Source: an uncultured Gammaproteobacteria bacterium
GTDB taxonomy: Bacteria > Pseudomonadota > Gammaproteobacteria > CAWJOP01
DNA length: 64,000 nt
Direction: 5' to 3'
Assembly: GCA_963844535.1 (NCBI GenBank)
Contig: CAWJOP010000002.1
Location: 238,013-302,012, forward strand
Shown piece after piece: positions 41,829 to 51,307 of this stretch. The notes beneath the pieces were generated by a model, which was given only the letters and a program-made list of their open reading frames with translations, did not search any database and was not told where the DNA came from. The position numbers were made by a program, and so were the translations under genes. Within the stretch, counting starts at the first letter, position 1. Every line of letters begins with the position of its first letter.

Positions 41829-43643
41829 ATGAGTATTAACTGCATGATAAAATTATTGATAGTACGCAAAAGACAGTTAGGTCTAGTAGTTCTTTTAGCC
41901 ACAGTCTTAACGTGTCTTTACAGTTGTGATGCTGATTCTTCTCTGCTAATGAGTGAGGACGGCCCATCAACTTACTCGAAAATAAAGTCCAAGTATCACC
42001 ATAGAATTGCTTCTGGCGACAATAGTTGGTTGGTAGATGATACGCAAATTACTGTGTCGGCTGGCAATTTCTGGGATAGGATGCGAAGTAGTTTTCAGTT
42101 GCAGCATCAAGCCGACAACCCAAAAGTTAAAGCACAGATTAGATGGTATATTCGCCACCAAGCTTATCTTAATCGCAGTGTTAAACGTGCTGCTCCTTAT
42201 ATGTATTACATTTTTGAGCAGGTGCAAAAACGTAATTTGCCAGGAGAGCTAGTTTTATTGCCGTTTATTGAAAGTGCATTTAATCCTTTTGCCTATTCGG
42301 GCCCTGGCGCAGCTGGCCTTTGGCAAATCATGCCACATACCGGTACTGGTTATGGTCTTAAACAAAACTGGTGGTATGACGGTCGTCGCGATATTCATGC
42401 CTCAACTAATGCCGCATTAGATTACTTAACCTATTTAGAAAGTTATTTTGATGGTGATTGGCTGTTAGCGATTGCCGCTTATAATACTGGTGAAGGCAAT
42501 GTACAAAATGCGGTGCGGCGTAATGCAAAAATAGGCTGTAGCACCGACTTTTTCTCGTTAGGTTTGGCGCAAGAAACCCAAGCTTATGTTCCCCAGTTAT
42601 TGGCATTGGCAGCGATTATTAGCAATCCAGAAGAATATCCTATTAAATTACCGTCAGTTCGTGATGAGCCTTATTTGGCTGAAGTAAATATTGGTTATCA
42701 GATTGATTTAAATGAAGCAGCACAATTAGCAGCTATTAGTATCGACGAAATTCACCGACTTAATCCAGCCTATATCCATAAGTTGACAGGTCCTCGCAGC
42801 CCTTGCTGCTTGTTGTTACCTATTGATCGGGTAGAAACTTTTAGAAATAATCTGACTAAATTGTCAGTGGTTAACTATACCTCGCTACAACGCTATAAAG
42901 TAAAGCGTCGCGAAACCATAGAAAGTATCGCCGCACGTTTCCAAATATCCAGCTATAAGCTTCGCCGTATTAATCATCTGAAAACAAATTGCTTACGTTC
43001 TGGAAAAGTCATTTATGTTCCTGTTGAGTCGCCTCGCATCACTGGTAATGTAAAAGGCGCTGTGCCAACAGATACTAGAGAGATGAATGAACGGCCATCA
43101 GTCAGAATGGAGGCAGGTAATACAAGAATGGAAATAGCTGAAGAGATACAAGCAGCAAATAATTCGGTTAGTGAAAACGAATCAATTGCTAGTAATCAGG
43201 CTGTTTCTAATCAATTGCAGAAAATATCGCATAAAGTAAGAAAGGGCGAAACACTGCAACGAATCGCTAAGCGTTATCATGTTAAATTGCAAGATCTACG
43301 AAGATGGAACCATATTAATAAGAAGAGCCGGCTAAACCTAAGGAAGACTCTGATTATTATGCAAAGCACTCATGCCGCTCTGCCGCCCACGGCAATCAGT
43401 TCAAAACATGACAAAATAACTCATTCACATACCGGCGGCGCTAATATAACCAATAAGCAATCTGGTAAAAAAGCAAAAGCACCACATCTAGTAAGAGTGA
43501 GTTATAAAGTTCGATCCGGTGATTCATTAGCGCATATTGCAAAAAAACACCATGTTAGTGCCGCTGAAATACGACGCTGGAATCACCTCTCTCGCACTAA
43601 TCCAACCCCTGGACATGTATTAACAATTTATACGCGATCTTAA
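41829..43643 (+). CDS. mltD: Membrane-bound lytic murein transglycosylase D with LysM repeats
   Basis: LPFIESAFNP, GLWQIMP, AAYNTGEG, ETQAYVP; three LysM domains. Confidence 0.92.
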   Translation: MSINCMIKLLIVRKRQLGLVVLLATVLTCLYSCDADSSLLMSEDGPSTYSKIKSKYHHRIASGDNSWLVDDTQITVSAGNFWDRMRSSFQLQHQADNPKVKAQIRWYIRHQAYLNRSVKRAAPYMYYIFEQVQKRNLPGELVLLPFIESAFNPFAYSGPGAAGLWQIMPHTGTGYGLKQNWWYDGRRDIHASTNAALDYLTYLESYFDGDWLLAIAAYNTGEGNVQNAVRRNAKIGCSTDFFSLGLAQETQAYVPQLLALAAIISNPEEYPIKLPSVRDEPYLAEVNIGYQIDLNEAAQLAAISIDEIHRLNPAYIHKLTGPRSPCCLLLPIDRVETFRNNLTKLSVVNYTSLQRYKVKRRETIESIAARFQISSYKLRRINHLKTNCLRSGKVIYVPVESPRITGNVKGAVPTDTREMNERPSVRMEAGNTRMEIAEEIQAANNSVSENESIASNQAVSNQLQKISHKVRKGETLQRIAKRYHVKLQDLRRWNHINKKSRLNLRKTLIIMQSTHAALPPTAISSKHDKITHSHTGGANITNKQSGKKAKAPHLVRVSYKVRSGDSLAHIAKKHHVSAAEIRRWNHLSRTNPTPGHVLTIYTRS

Positions 43644-43645
43644 GA

Positions 43646-43752
43646 CGTGTTGACAATTCATCTCAAATCCTACGTTCCCGCTGCCGCGACTTGTTCGCGG
43701 TATTATCCGCGGGATCCATGGATGCCGCGAACAAGTCGCGGCAGCGGGACGT
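43646..43752. repeat. Composite REP related to 33393 and to the GTAG family
   Basis: CGTGTTGACAATTCATCTCAAATCCTACGTTCCCGC shared with 33396; CCGCTGCCGCGACTTGTTCGCGG / CCGCGAACAAGTCGCGGCAGCGG. Confidence 0.8.
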
Positions 43753-43771
43753 CGAAGGTAGCGTTAAAACG

Positions 43772-44509
43772 CTAGCCAGCAAATAAGGATTTAAGCTCGA
43801 TATCTATCCTTTCTTTCATGACATTTATGGCGATTTTTCCTTTTTCTACTGTGGCAAGCGTAGGATTACCCCATGCGCCCGTCAGTGAAACCGTGTATTT
43901 TTCAGGATCAGCATGGGGATCTGGCGTTAAATGGCCTGGCCCATCATTTTCTTCAGGCCTTGCCTTTTCTAGATGCACTACTTCAGGATGTATGTACAGC
44001 ATGATCGAGGTTTCAATTTCATCGGCATGAGTGCCTAGTTTTTGCTGCATAATGTTAGTAATTCTTTTATCTTTATCTAAGAAAGATAAATCTAAATATT
44101 CAAATAGAATTCCCTTTTTATCCAGTATATCTTTTGCATCTTGTAATGGTTTATTGGTGCTTATTCCCATATTCAACACATAAAACTTTTGCGCCCCTTG
44201 TTGATACCAACCCTCACATTTTTGCACAAAATAGTCGCAAGAAGTTTCACGAGATAAACTAGAGGAGCCAGCATAAGCTTTAAAGGCCGGGTAATAATTA
44301 TCAGGCATAGTAGGCGCAACAACCACTTCATAATTTTCTACAATATAATTAGCCCAATATTCAGCTTGAAGAAAATCGGTGTTCATGGGCAAATGTAAAC
44401 CATGTTCTTTAGAAGCTGCGCCTAACGGGATTACAACAGGCCAGTTCTTTTCAAAAGCCTCTTTAATTTCTACCCAAGTGACTTCTGTCATTTTTATACC
44501 TTTTGGCAT
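43772..44509 (-). CDS. Creatininase family amidohydrolase
   Basis: KEHGLHLPMNTD, HADEIETS, GAWGNPTLATVEKG. Confidence 0.88.
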   Translation of the reverse strand: MPKGIKMTEVTWVEIKEAFEKNWPVVIPLGAASKEHGLHLPMNTDFLQAEYWANYIVENYEVVVAPTMPDNYYPAFKAYAGSSSLSRETSCDYFVQKCEGWYQQGAQKFYVLNMGISTNKPLQDAKDILDKKGILFEYLDLSFLDKDKRITNIMQQKLGTHADEIETSIMLYIHPEVVHLEKARPEENDGPGHLTPDPHADPEKYTVSLTGAWGNPTLATVEKGKIAINVMKERIDIELKSLFAG

Positions 44510-44528
44510 AGCCGCTTCCCTTTAATGC

Positions 44529-45381
44529 CTATAGCAAGAATTTTTTAATTACTTTGATATATTTATCATGTGCGTCTATTGCAACAGCATGGCCGCAATT
44601 CTTAAAAACTTTCAATTGGGAGTTTTTGATCTTTTCTGCTAATAATTTCGATTGATGGGGGCTACAAATCCAATCTTCCTGTTCCCGCCAAAATAAGCGT
44701 AGGGCAATTAATCTTGTGGAGTTGAGTAATAAGATCAAAGTGCCGTAAATAACTAGCACCTTTATTTAACGCTTCATAAGAAAACTTCATCAATGGTTTC
44801 GCATAAACAGGCTTTTTCTTTAGTCGTGCTGTTATAGAATAAAGAGGATCCATCAACTTAAAAAACTTTTCAACATGCTGACTATTTTTAAAAGTGCCAT
44901 TCCATAAATGCTGACAAATTGCTATTTGTTTTGCATTACCATTTTTCTGTAAGTTCCTTTTTGCTTCCTCGGCATAGCGATAACTCGGTGCTGTGGCTAC
45001 GAGAATGAGCTTCTCCAAATGCTTGGCATAACGAATGGCATAGGCTTGTGCCACCATTCCTCCATAAGAAGTTCCAAGGATACAAATTTTTTTTAGCCCC
45101 AGATAATTACGTAATGCTTCCACATCTTCGACATTATTTTCTAGGGTATACTCAGAAGATTTTGTTTTTTTGCTTTGCCCACAACCACGGCTATCTATAA
45201 AGACTAATTGTGCAACCTCTTGTAACTCCAGCGAGTGCTGTTTGAATCTTAAATGGTTGCTGCCTGGCCCTCCATGAAGCAGAAATAAAACAGGTCTCTC
45301 AACCCATTGATCTCCTACCGGGGCCAATTGCATACCTGCAATATCAAAATAAATTTCAGTATTTCTTAGGTATGCTTTCAT
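44529..45381 (-). pseudogene. Alpha/beta hydrolase (proline iminopeptidase-like), frameshifted near 44685
   Basis: HGGPG and GTSYGG in one frame; catalytic D (EQEDWIC) and H (NCGH) in the next frame after ILAG. Confidence 0.8.
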
Positions 45382-45549
45382 ATTTTATGACTACGTACTT
45401 AAATCTGGGGGCAGTTTGAGGAAGCTTCTGTAACTGATATTTATGATAAATGCTATAAAGTCTTTTGGAAGGGTTAGCGGAAGACTGCGGCAAAACTTTA
45501 GGGAAGAAGAGCAAGAAAGCTGTTTTGATAAACGTAGCTTTTGAAAAGG

Positions 45550-45655
45550 AAAAAGAAAACCTGCCATACGCTCATCCCTGTTTCAGTTTCCTTACTGATA
45601 TTGATCCCTCTCGTCCTTTTGAATCCTTTTCAAAAAGTATGACAGGTTTCTTTAA
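45550..45655 (-). ncRNA. RsmY/RsmZ-like CsrA-binding sRNA, copy 1
   Basis: Five GGA motifs (AAGGAT, AAGGAC, AGGGAT, AAGGAA, AGGGAT) inside a closing stem AACCTGTCATAC / GTATGGCAGGTT plus U-tract; homologous copy at 54079. Confidence 0.7.
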
Positions 45656-45660
45656 AGTTA

Positions 45661-45730
45661 ATAGTACCTGAAATTCGTATCGGTTATCTGTAGGATAATT
45701 AAGATAAAATTTGTAGGATATTCATGATAT
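45661..45730 (-). promoter_or_regulatory. sRNA promoter with GacA/LetA-like upstream box
   Basis: -10 TACTAT; TGTAGGATATTCATGATA at 45712-45729, conserved with TGTAGGATTTTTATGACA upstream of copy 2. Confidence 0.55.
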
Positions 45731-45776
45731 ATAAAACTAGCTGATGTTCGCCAATTTAATAATAACACCATGTTTT

Positions 45777-48200
45777 TTAATCAAATGGTTGGTCATTCAT
45801 AAATCTTTGAATAGCTTCTATTTCAGCCAATACTCTCTGGTAAAGCTCTGGTAGCTTGGCAGTTAGGCCAGATTTAATATAGCTTTCTAATTCGGCACAA
45901 ACTGATTTCAAACGTAATGCGCCACAATAACTCGAGCCACCTTTTAATTTATGCGCTAAACTCTTTAACCCCTTCCAGTCCTTTTTCTGATAGATTTGTT
46001 TTAGTGTTTTTATTTCCTCTGACAAGCTATCAACAAACACCATTAATATTTCCTGCAAAATTGCTTCATTTCCACCTAACAAAGCCTTGGCATATTCAAT
46101 GTCAATAATTTTTTCTACTAGTTGTCTGCCCGCATTTGCATGAGCTGCCTGTTTAACTTGCTTAATTTGCCTTTTCTGTTTTTCACGTTGGTGGATAAAG
46201 TTATCCAAAACAGTTTTAGCCCATTTTTTGCTGATGGGTTTAGTAATCACCATATTCATTCCTACATCAAGACAATATTGTTTCTCCTCGCTTTCTCCAT
46301 GGGCTGTCAATGCTACAATCGGAGTTTTTGCAATCCGTTTAAGGCTATGTGAACGAATCTGTTCTGTCACAGCACAGCCATCCATATCTGGCAAACCAAT
46401 ATCCATAAAAATTAAGTCATAATGTTTTTGTTCAATCAGCTCGAGCGCTGCTTCCCCTGTTTCAGCGATATCTACTTCACAGCCTAATTCTAATAAAATG
46501 GTTTTGGCAATTCTGGCAGCAATTGGATAGTCTTCTACCAACAAGATTTTGTTCATCTTGGCGCTGGACTGCTTGTTTAAAGGTTTTTTATCCTTTGCAT
46601 TTAGCGTATCTTTTGTGCGTATTTTATTAAGATACATAGACGCTTTTTCGATAAGTTCAGATGATTCTATTTGCTGTACTAGTTTATCTTCCTGTGCCTC
46701 TTGCGGGAGGAAAGGTAGCTTATAAGGGATAAGTACTTTAAATACTGTGCCTTTGCCCAATTCACTCGTTAAATAAACTTGGCCACCGACTTCTTCTAAA
46801 AATTGCCTCACAATTTTAAGTCCTAGGCCTTTACCTGAATAAACACCGCTATAAGAAGAAGTTAAACGATTAAATCGTTCAAAAATGATATCTTTCTTGT
46901 CTTCAGGGATACCAACACCTGTATCTGCAACCATAAAATTAAGCATGATTTTGGTATCGGTCTTATCTACCACTAAAATATCGACTTTAACTTCACCTTG
47001 TTCGGTAAATTTAATGGCATTGGAAATTAAGTTAATCAAAATACGTTCAGTTCTTATCGCATCGCCTAATAAGAATTGCGGCACATCTTTGTTTATATTG
47101 AATGTAAAATTTAACTGTTTATTTTTTGCGGAAGGAAGCAATAGATTTAAGGTATGGGTTAATAACGTATGAAGATTAAACTGCTTTTCCAAGATAGGTA
47201 GTTGACCGCTTTCTACTTGGATAAATTCAAAAATTTCATTAATATGATTCAGCAAGACTCGTGCTGATTCGGCAATCTGAACCAAATTTTCTTTCTTATC
47301 GGGATCAGTTTCTTCTTCTGCCATCAAATCTGCCAATCCTAGTATGCCTGTAAAAGGTGTACGCAAATCATGTCGCATATTAGATAAAAAGGCATTATTG
47401 GCAAATTCCGCCAGTTCTTTTGCCTCCTTAAGGTCTTTTTCCGCTTGTTTTCGGTCAGTAATATCGAGTGATGTTCCAATAATGCCAACAATTTCATTAT
47501 ACTCATTTCGTAATGGCGTTTTATGCGTTAATTCCGTCAAAATACTACCATTTGCTAGTTTAACTTTTTCCTCACGTACTATCGTGCGACCTGTCCGCAT
47601 TACCTCTTGATCAAGCGCTTGCCAATCTTCAGCAAATTCTTTCCAACACAAATCATAATCAGTTTTGCCCACCATTTGTTCAGGAAATTCAAAGCCTGCC
47701 ATTTCCGCTACAAATTTATTACAGCCGATATAGTGTCCATTCTTATCTTTCCAATAGACCGCACCAGGTAAATTATTAATGATAGCGTTAATATAAGCCT
47801 TTAAATTATTATAGGATTCTTTGCTACAAGTCTTTAAAGTAAGTACATAAGAAATTTGCTCTTCCAGGTGAATACAAATAATAGTCAGTTCATAATCTTT
47901 TTTAGTGCGAGGCTGATATAACTTTGAACAATGAAACAGCGAATGTTTGCTATATTCAATTTGAGCCAAAACTTCTTTTCCATTAATTTCTTGATTAGAT
48001 AACAATTTTAAGAAAGAGTGATTCAATATTTCAGTTTTCTTTTGAGAAAAAAATTCAGTAGCTGCAGCGTCATTGATTTCAATTACAATCAATTGAACAT
48101 TTAACACAATAATAATAGGTTCTGTAGTAGTTGTGCTGTAACGAGGAGCCGACTCACTATGATTATCTTCACTATATGAGAGTGTATGTATGTCTTTCAT
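45777..48200 (-). CDS. Hybrid sensor kinase PAS-HisKA-HATPase-REC-Hpt (BarA/GacS-like architecture, no evident TM segment)
   Basis: LPGAVYWKD PAS, NMRHDLRTP, NAIKFT, DTGVGI, FMDIGLP, AHKLKG. Confidence 0.93.
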   Translation of the reverse strand: MKDIHTLSYSEDNHSESAPRYSTTTTEPIIIVLNVQLIVIEINDAAATEFFSQKKTEILNHSFLKLLSNQEINGKEVLAQIEYSKHSLFHCSKLYQPRTKKDYELTIICIHLEEQISYVLTLKTCSKESYNNLKAYINAIINNLPGAVYWKDKNGHYIGCNKFVAEMAGFEFPEQMVGKTDYDLCWKEFAEDWQALDQEVMRTGRTIVREEKVKLANGSILTELTHKTPLRNEYNEIVGIIGTSLDITDRKQAEKDLKEAKELAEFANNAFLSNMRHDLRTPFTGILGLADLMAEEETDPDKKENLVQIAESARVLLNHINEIFEFIQVESGQLPILEKQFNLHTLLTHTLNLLLPSAKNKQLNFTFNINKDVPQFLLGDAIRTERILINLISNAIKFTEQGEVKVDILVVDKTDTKIMLNFMVADTGVGIPEDKKDIIFERFNRLTSSYSGVYSGKGLGLKIVRQFLEEVGGQVYLTSELGKGTVFKVLIPYKLPFLPQEAQEDKLVQQIESSELIEKASMYLNKIRTKDTLNAKDKKPLNKQSSAKMNKILLVEDYPIAARIAKTILLELGCEVDIAETGEAALELIEQKHYDLIFMDIGLPDMDGCAVTEQIRSHSLKRIAKTPIVALTAHGESEEKQYCLDVGMNMVITKPISKKWAKTVLDNFIHQREKQKRQIKQVKQAAHANAGRQLVEKIIDIEYAKALLGGNEAILQEILMVFVDSLSEEIKTLKQIYQKKDWKGLKSLAHKLKGGSSYCGALRLKSVCAELESYIKSGLTAKLPELYQRVLAEIEAIQRFMNDQPFD

Positions 48201-48454
48201 AGATTAATCCTTTAATTATTTTTCTAAAGCTCAAAATAGGAGGAAGTCTGTGTCAATAAGTGGTTATTAATATAGTTTATCTAATCAACGTATTATACTG
48301 ATATATTTCTTTATAACCTATCTATTTGGATGCTAAATGCTTCGTTAATCGTTGCCAGAAAGAAATAAATATAAAGTAGTGAGATGCTTTGACTCAGAAA
48401 GATTTTTATCTGTCAGCATATTGCTCCCTTTTTATTTTAAGGAGAAAAGACAAA

Positions 48455-49240
48455 ATGTGGGAAAAAATTAAGGAATTTTGCATTTATTTTTGGTCTATGG
48501 AAGTGTCAATCTCATTATTTGGCACTGTTTTTCTTATTATCTTGATATTACCCTTCGATTATATTTACAAAATTGGATGGCGGAACATACTTCTAAATAC
48601 TAATGCTTTAATTTTAACTTTGTTCATATATGGAGGTATTTAAACTCTTTATAATAACTTCAAAAGGAACAAGAAACTAAGAATTATATATCATGAAGAA
48701 ATAGACGACTACAGAGATTGGAAAGCAGAAGAAGCAAAGTTTAGGATATTAGGTAACATTAAACGACTATCTAAACTAGGAGAAAAAAAGTTTGACCTTA
48801 ATCGTTGTTACTTAAAAGGGGTATATTTAAAAGACCTTATTTTTTGTGAAACTGACTTCAACTGCATTGATTTAAGTGAAGCCAATTTGCAATCCTGTAT
48901 ATTTGAAAAAAGTAATTTTAGAGGGGCAAATCTTTCTAAAGCTTGTATTGTAAAATGTAAATTTATTGAGTGCAAAATAGATCAAGCTAATTTTTTTGAT
49001 ACGGTACTTTATGAAGTTGATTTTTATAAATCTGATTTGAAAAGTTTTTGTGAGACCAACAACCTACATAAATCCCGCCTAATTTACAATCCAAAGAATT
49101 TAGACGCTGAATTATTGGAGAAAATAAAAAAAGAAAAACCTAGCTTACTTGAAAAATCTGACTGTATGGTTCTCAATAGATCAACTGGTAATTTGGTAAT
49201 AATCAACAACGATAATACTCGAGATTCTAATGAAAATTAA
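48455..49240 (+). pseudogene. Membrane-anchored pentapeptide-repeat protein with one in-frame stop (TAA 48641-48643)
   Basis: ATG 48455 after AAGGAG; frame continues past TAA as TLYNNF...HEEIDDYRDW...ANLQSCIFEKSNFRGANLSKA to 49240. Confidence 0.75.
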
Positions 49241-50018
49241 TGAAGAAGCTAAAAAATGTGTTGCATTTTTGCAGTATAAAATGGCCAATGATTCCTATAG
49301 ATATGCTGGCACTTGCTTTTTTGTTGGTATCGAGAATCAATATAAATGTGTTGTAACAGCAAAACATGTTATTGAGGGAATAAAAAATAAGTACGCTCTT
49401 GAAGATGTATTCATTAGAGTAAATCTATTGAATGGCCATACACAAACAATACCTACAAAAGTTAAATCATGGCAATATCATGAAGACGAAACTGTTGATA
49501 TTGCAATACATCAATTTGATTTTGAGAACAGTTATGATCACCTTCATTATCCAGCGTCGTCATTTTTAAATGATGATTTTATTGAAAAATATGAAATAGG
49601 CTGCGGCGATGAAGTTTTCATCACTGGTTTATTTAAACCCCACTTTGGTGAAACCAAAAACTCTCCAATTGTCCGTATAGGCAATATCGCATTGATGCCA
49701 AGCGAGAAAATGCAGGTAAACGGATGTTTAAGGGACGCATATTTAATTGAATCGAGATCAATAGGTGGATTAAGTGGTTCTCCGGTATTTGTAAATTTAG
49801 GAGACGCTAGGAAATTTGGTGGTCGAATACAACATGCGCAAGGCAAGCACATCCCTCTTTTATTAGGTTTAATTCATGGCCACTTTAACTCAGAAAAAAA
49901 TGACATTGATTCTATTTCAAATAAGACGAGTGATCAGGAAAAAATAAACGTAGGGATTGCAATTGTTACACCTGTTGCTAAATTACTAGAAATAATAAAT
50001 AAAAATTCTAGAGTATAA
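49230..50018 (+). CDS. Trypsin-like serine protease
   Basis: TAKH, VDIAI and GGLSGSPV catalytic triad motifs. Confidence 0.85.
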   Translation: MKINEEAKKCVAFLQYKMANDSYRYAGTCFFVGIENQYKCVVTAKHVIEGIKNKYALEDVFIRVNLLNGHTQTIPTKVKSWQYHEDETVDIAIHQFDFENSYDHLHYPASSFLNDDFIEKYEIGCGDEVFITGLFKPHFGETKNSPIVRIGNIALMPSEKMQVNGCLRDAYLIESRSIGGLSGSPVFVNLGDARKFGGRIQHAQGKHIPLLLGLIHGHFNSEKNDIDSISNKTSDQEKINVGIAIVTPVAKLLEIINKNSRV

Positions 50019-50079
50019 AATGACACTCATTTATATGGCGATAATTTAAAAGGGGTCGTTTGAAAAATTCGTGGGTAAG

Positions 50080-50751
50080 TGTCATTCCCGAGAAGGTGCA
50101 CTAGTGTCCAGGGAAGCTGTATAATAAGCAAGCTGTTTTTCTGTAAAAAAATAAAAATATACATCCCCTCTCCCAGTCCCAAAGCATAGAAAAATCTTCG
50201 AGTTTTATTCTGGGAGAGGGCCAGGGTGAGGGGAAACCACAAAATGGTACAACCAATAAATCATGCGAAGGTACTAAGAAAAAAAGCAACTGAAGCAGAA
50301 ACTCAATTGTGGTACTTTTTAAGAAATAGAAAATTAAAGGGCTATAAATTTAAGCGACAAGAAATGATTAGCCCTTACATTGTTGATTTTATTTGCCATT
50401 ATAAAAAATTAATTGTTGAACTCGACGGTGGTCAACATGCGTTTTCACAGGGATATGATAAAAAACGTACAGCATTTTTAGAAAAGCAAGGATATAAAGT
50501 GGTTCGTTTTTGGAATAATGAAATGTTCAATCATGTGGACGAAATACTAGCTACCGTTTTAACTGAGCTAGAGAAGAGATAGCAAAGTTTATTCAATCTC
50601 CCTCACCCTGGCCCTCTCCCAGAATAAAACTCGAAGATTTTTCTATGCTTTGGGGCTGGGAGAGGGGATGTATATTTTTATTTTTTACAGAAAAACAGCT
50701 TGCTTATTATACAGCTTCCCCGGACACTAGTGCACCTTCTTGGGAATGACA
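50080..50751. mobile_element. DUF559 nuclease element with ~152-bp inverted arms
   Basis: Arms 50080-50232 and 50600-50751 are near-perfect reverse complements; each holds a BoxC-like hairpin CCCCTCTCCCA...TGGGAGAGGGCCAGGGTGAGGG. Confidence 0.85.
50244..50582 (+). CDS. DUF559 / Vsr-like PD-(D/E)xK endonuclease
   Basis: LRKKATEAE..LW..LR, KFKRQ, YIVDF, LIVELDGGQH, D..R..FLE..GY.VVRFWNNE; ATG 50244 with RBS provided by the arm end. Confidence 0.92.
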   Translation: MVQPINHAKVLRKKATEAETQLWYFLRNRKLKGYKFKRQEMISPYIVDFICHYKKLIVELDGGQHAFSQGYDKKRTAFLEKQGYKVVRFWNNEMFNHVDEILATVLTELEKR

Positions 50752-50900
50752 ATTAAATTATGAGGAAGAGGAACTAACCCCAAAATTCTTTAAACGAACC
50801 TTTTAAAAGTATTCCGGGAAGCTTATCGGCATAATTAAGCAAAGTCGTTAGAGAAGGAAACAGAAACAATATTTAATTACCAAAAACCTGAGACCTTGCC

Positions 50901-51275
50901 ATGAAAATCCACAACCCTTTATTTTTATCGCTGGCTATGCAAGCAAAAACAAATATTCAAGAAATTGATGTGCATGAGGCAAATAAGCTTCTTCTTGATG
51001 GCAAAATGGTTTTTATTGATGTGCGCGAAGAATCTGAATGGCAGCGAGGACATTTACCTGGTGCTATTCATTTGAGTAAGGGTGTGATTGAGCGAGATAT
51101 TGAAAAACATATTCCTGATACTTCAACACCTTTGGTGTTGTATTGTAGTGGTGGTTATCGATCGGCGCTCGCAACCCAAAGTATTCAAAATATGGGTTAT
51201 AAAAATGTTTGTTCTATAGAAGGGGGCTTAACAACTTGGAACAATGCGGGTTATCCTTTAATTTCTGATGAATAA
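50901..51275 (+). CDS. Rhodanese-like sulfurtransferase
   Basis: IDVREESEW, GHLPGA, YCSGGYRSA. Confidence 0.92.
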   Translation: MKIHNPLFLSLAMQAKTNIQEIDVHEANKLLLDGKMVFIDVREESEWQRGHLPGAIHLSKGVIERDIEKHIPDTSTPLVLYCSGGYRSALATQSIQNMGYKNVCSIEGGLTTWNNAGYPLISDE

Positions 51276-51307
51276 AGAGGGATTAATCGTGTTTATTTTT
51301 ATACTAT

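Noticed and set aside
45465-45671. 68-aa ORF
   Set aside because: Antisense to the Rsm-like sRNA; the paralogous locus conserves RNA motifs rather than this frame
50027-50289. Short minus-strand ORFs (PLTLALSQ / PSPWPSP peptides)
   Set aside because: Translations of the BoxC-like repeat arm
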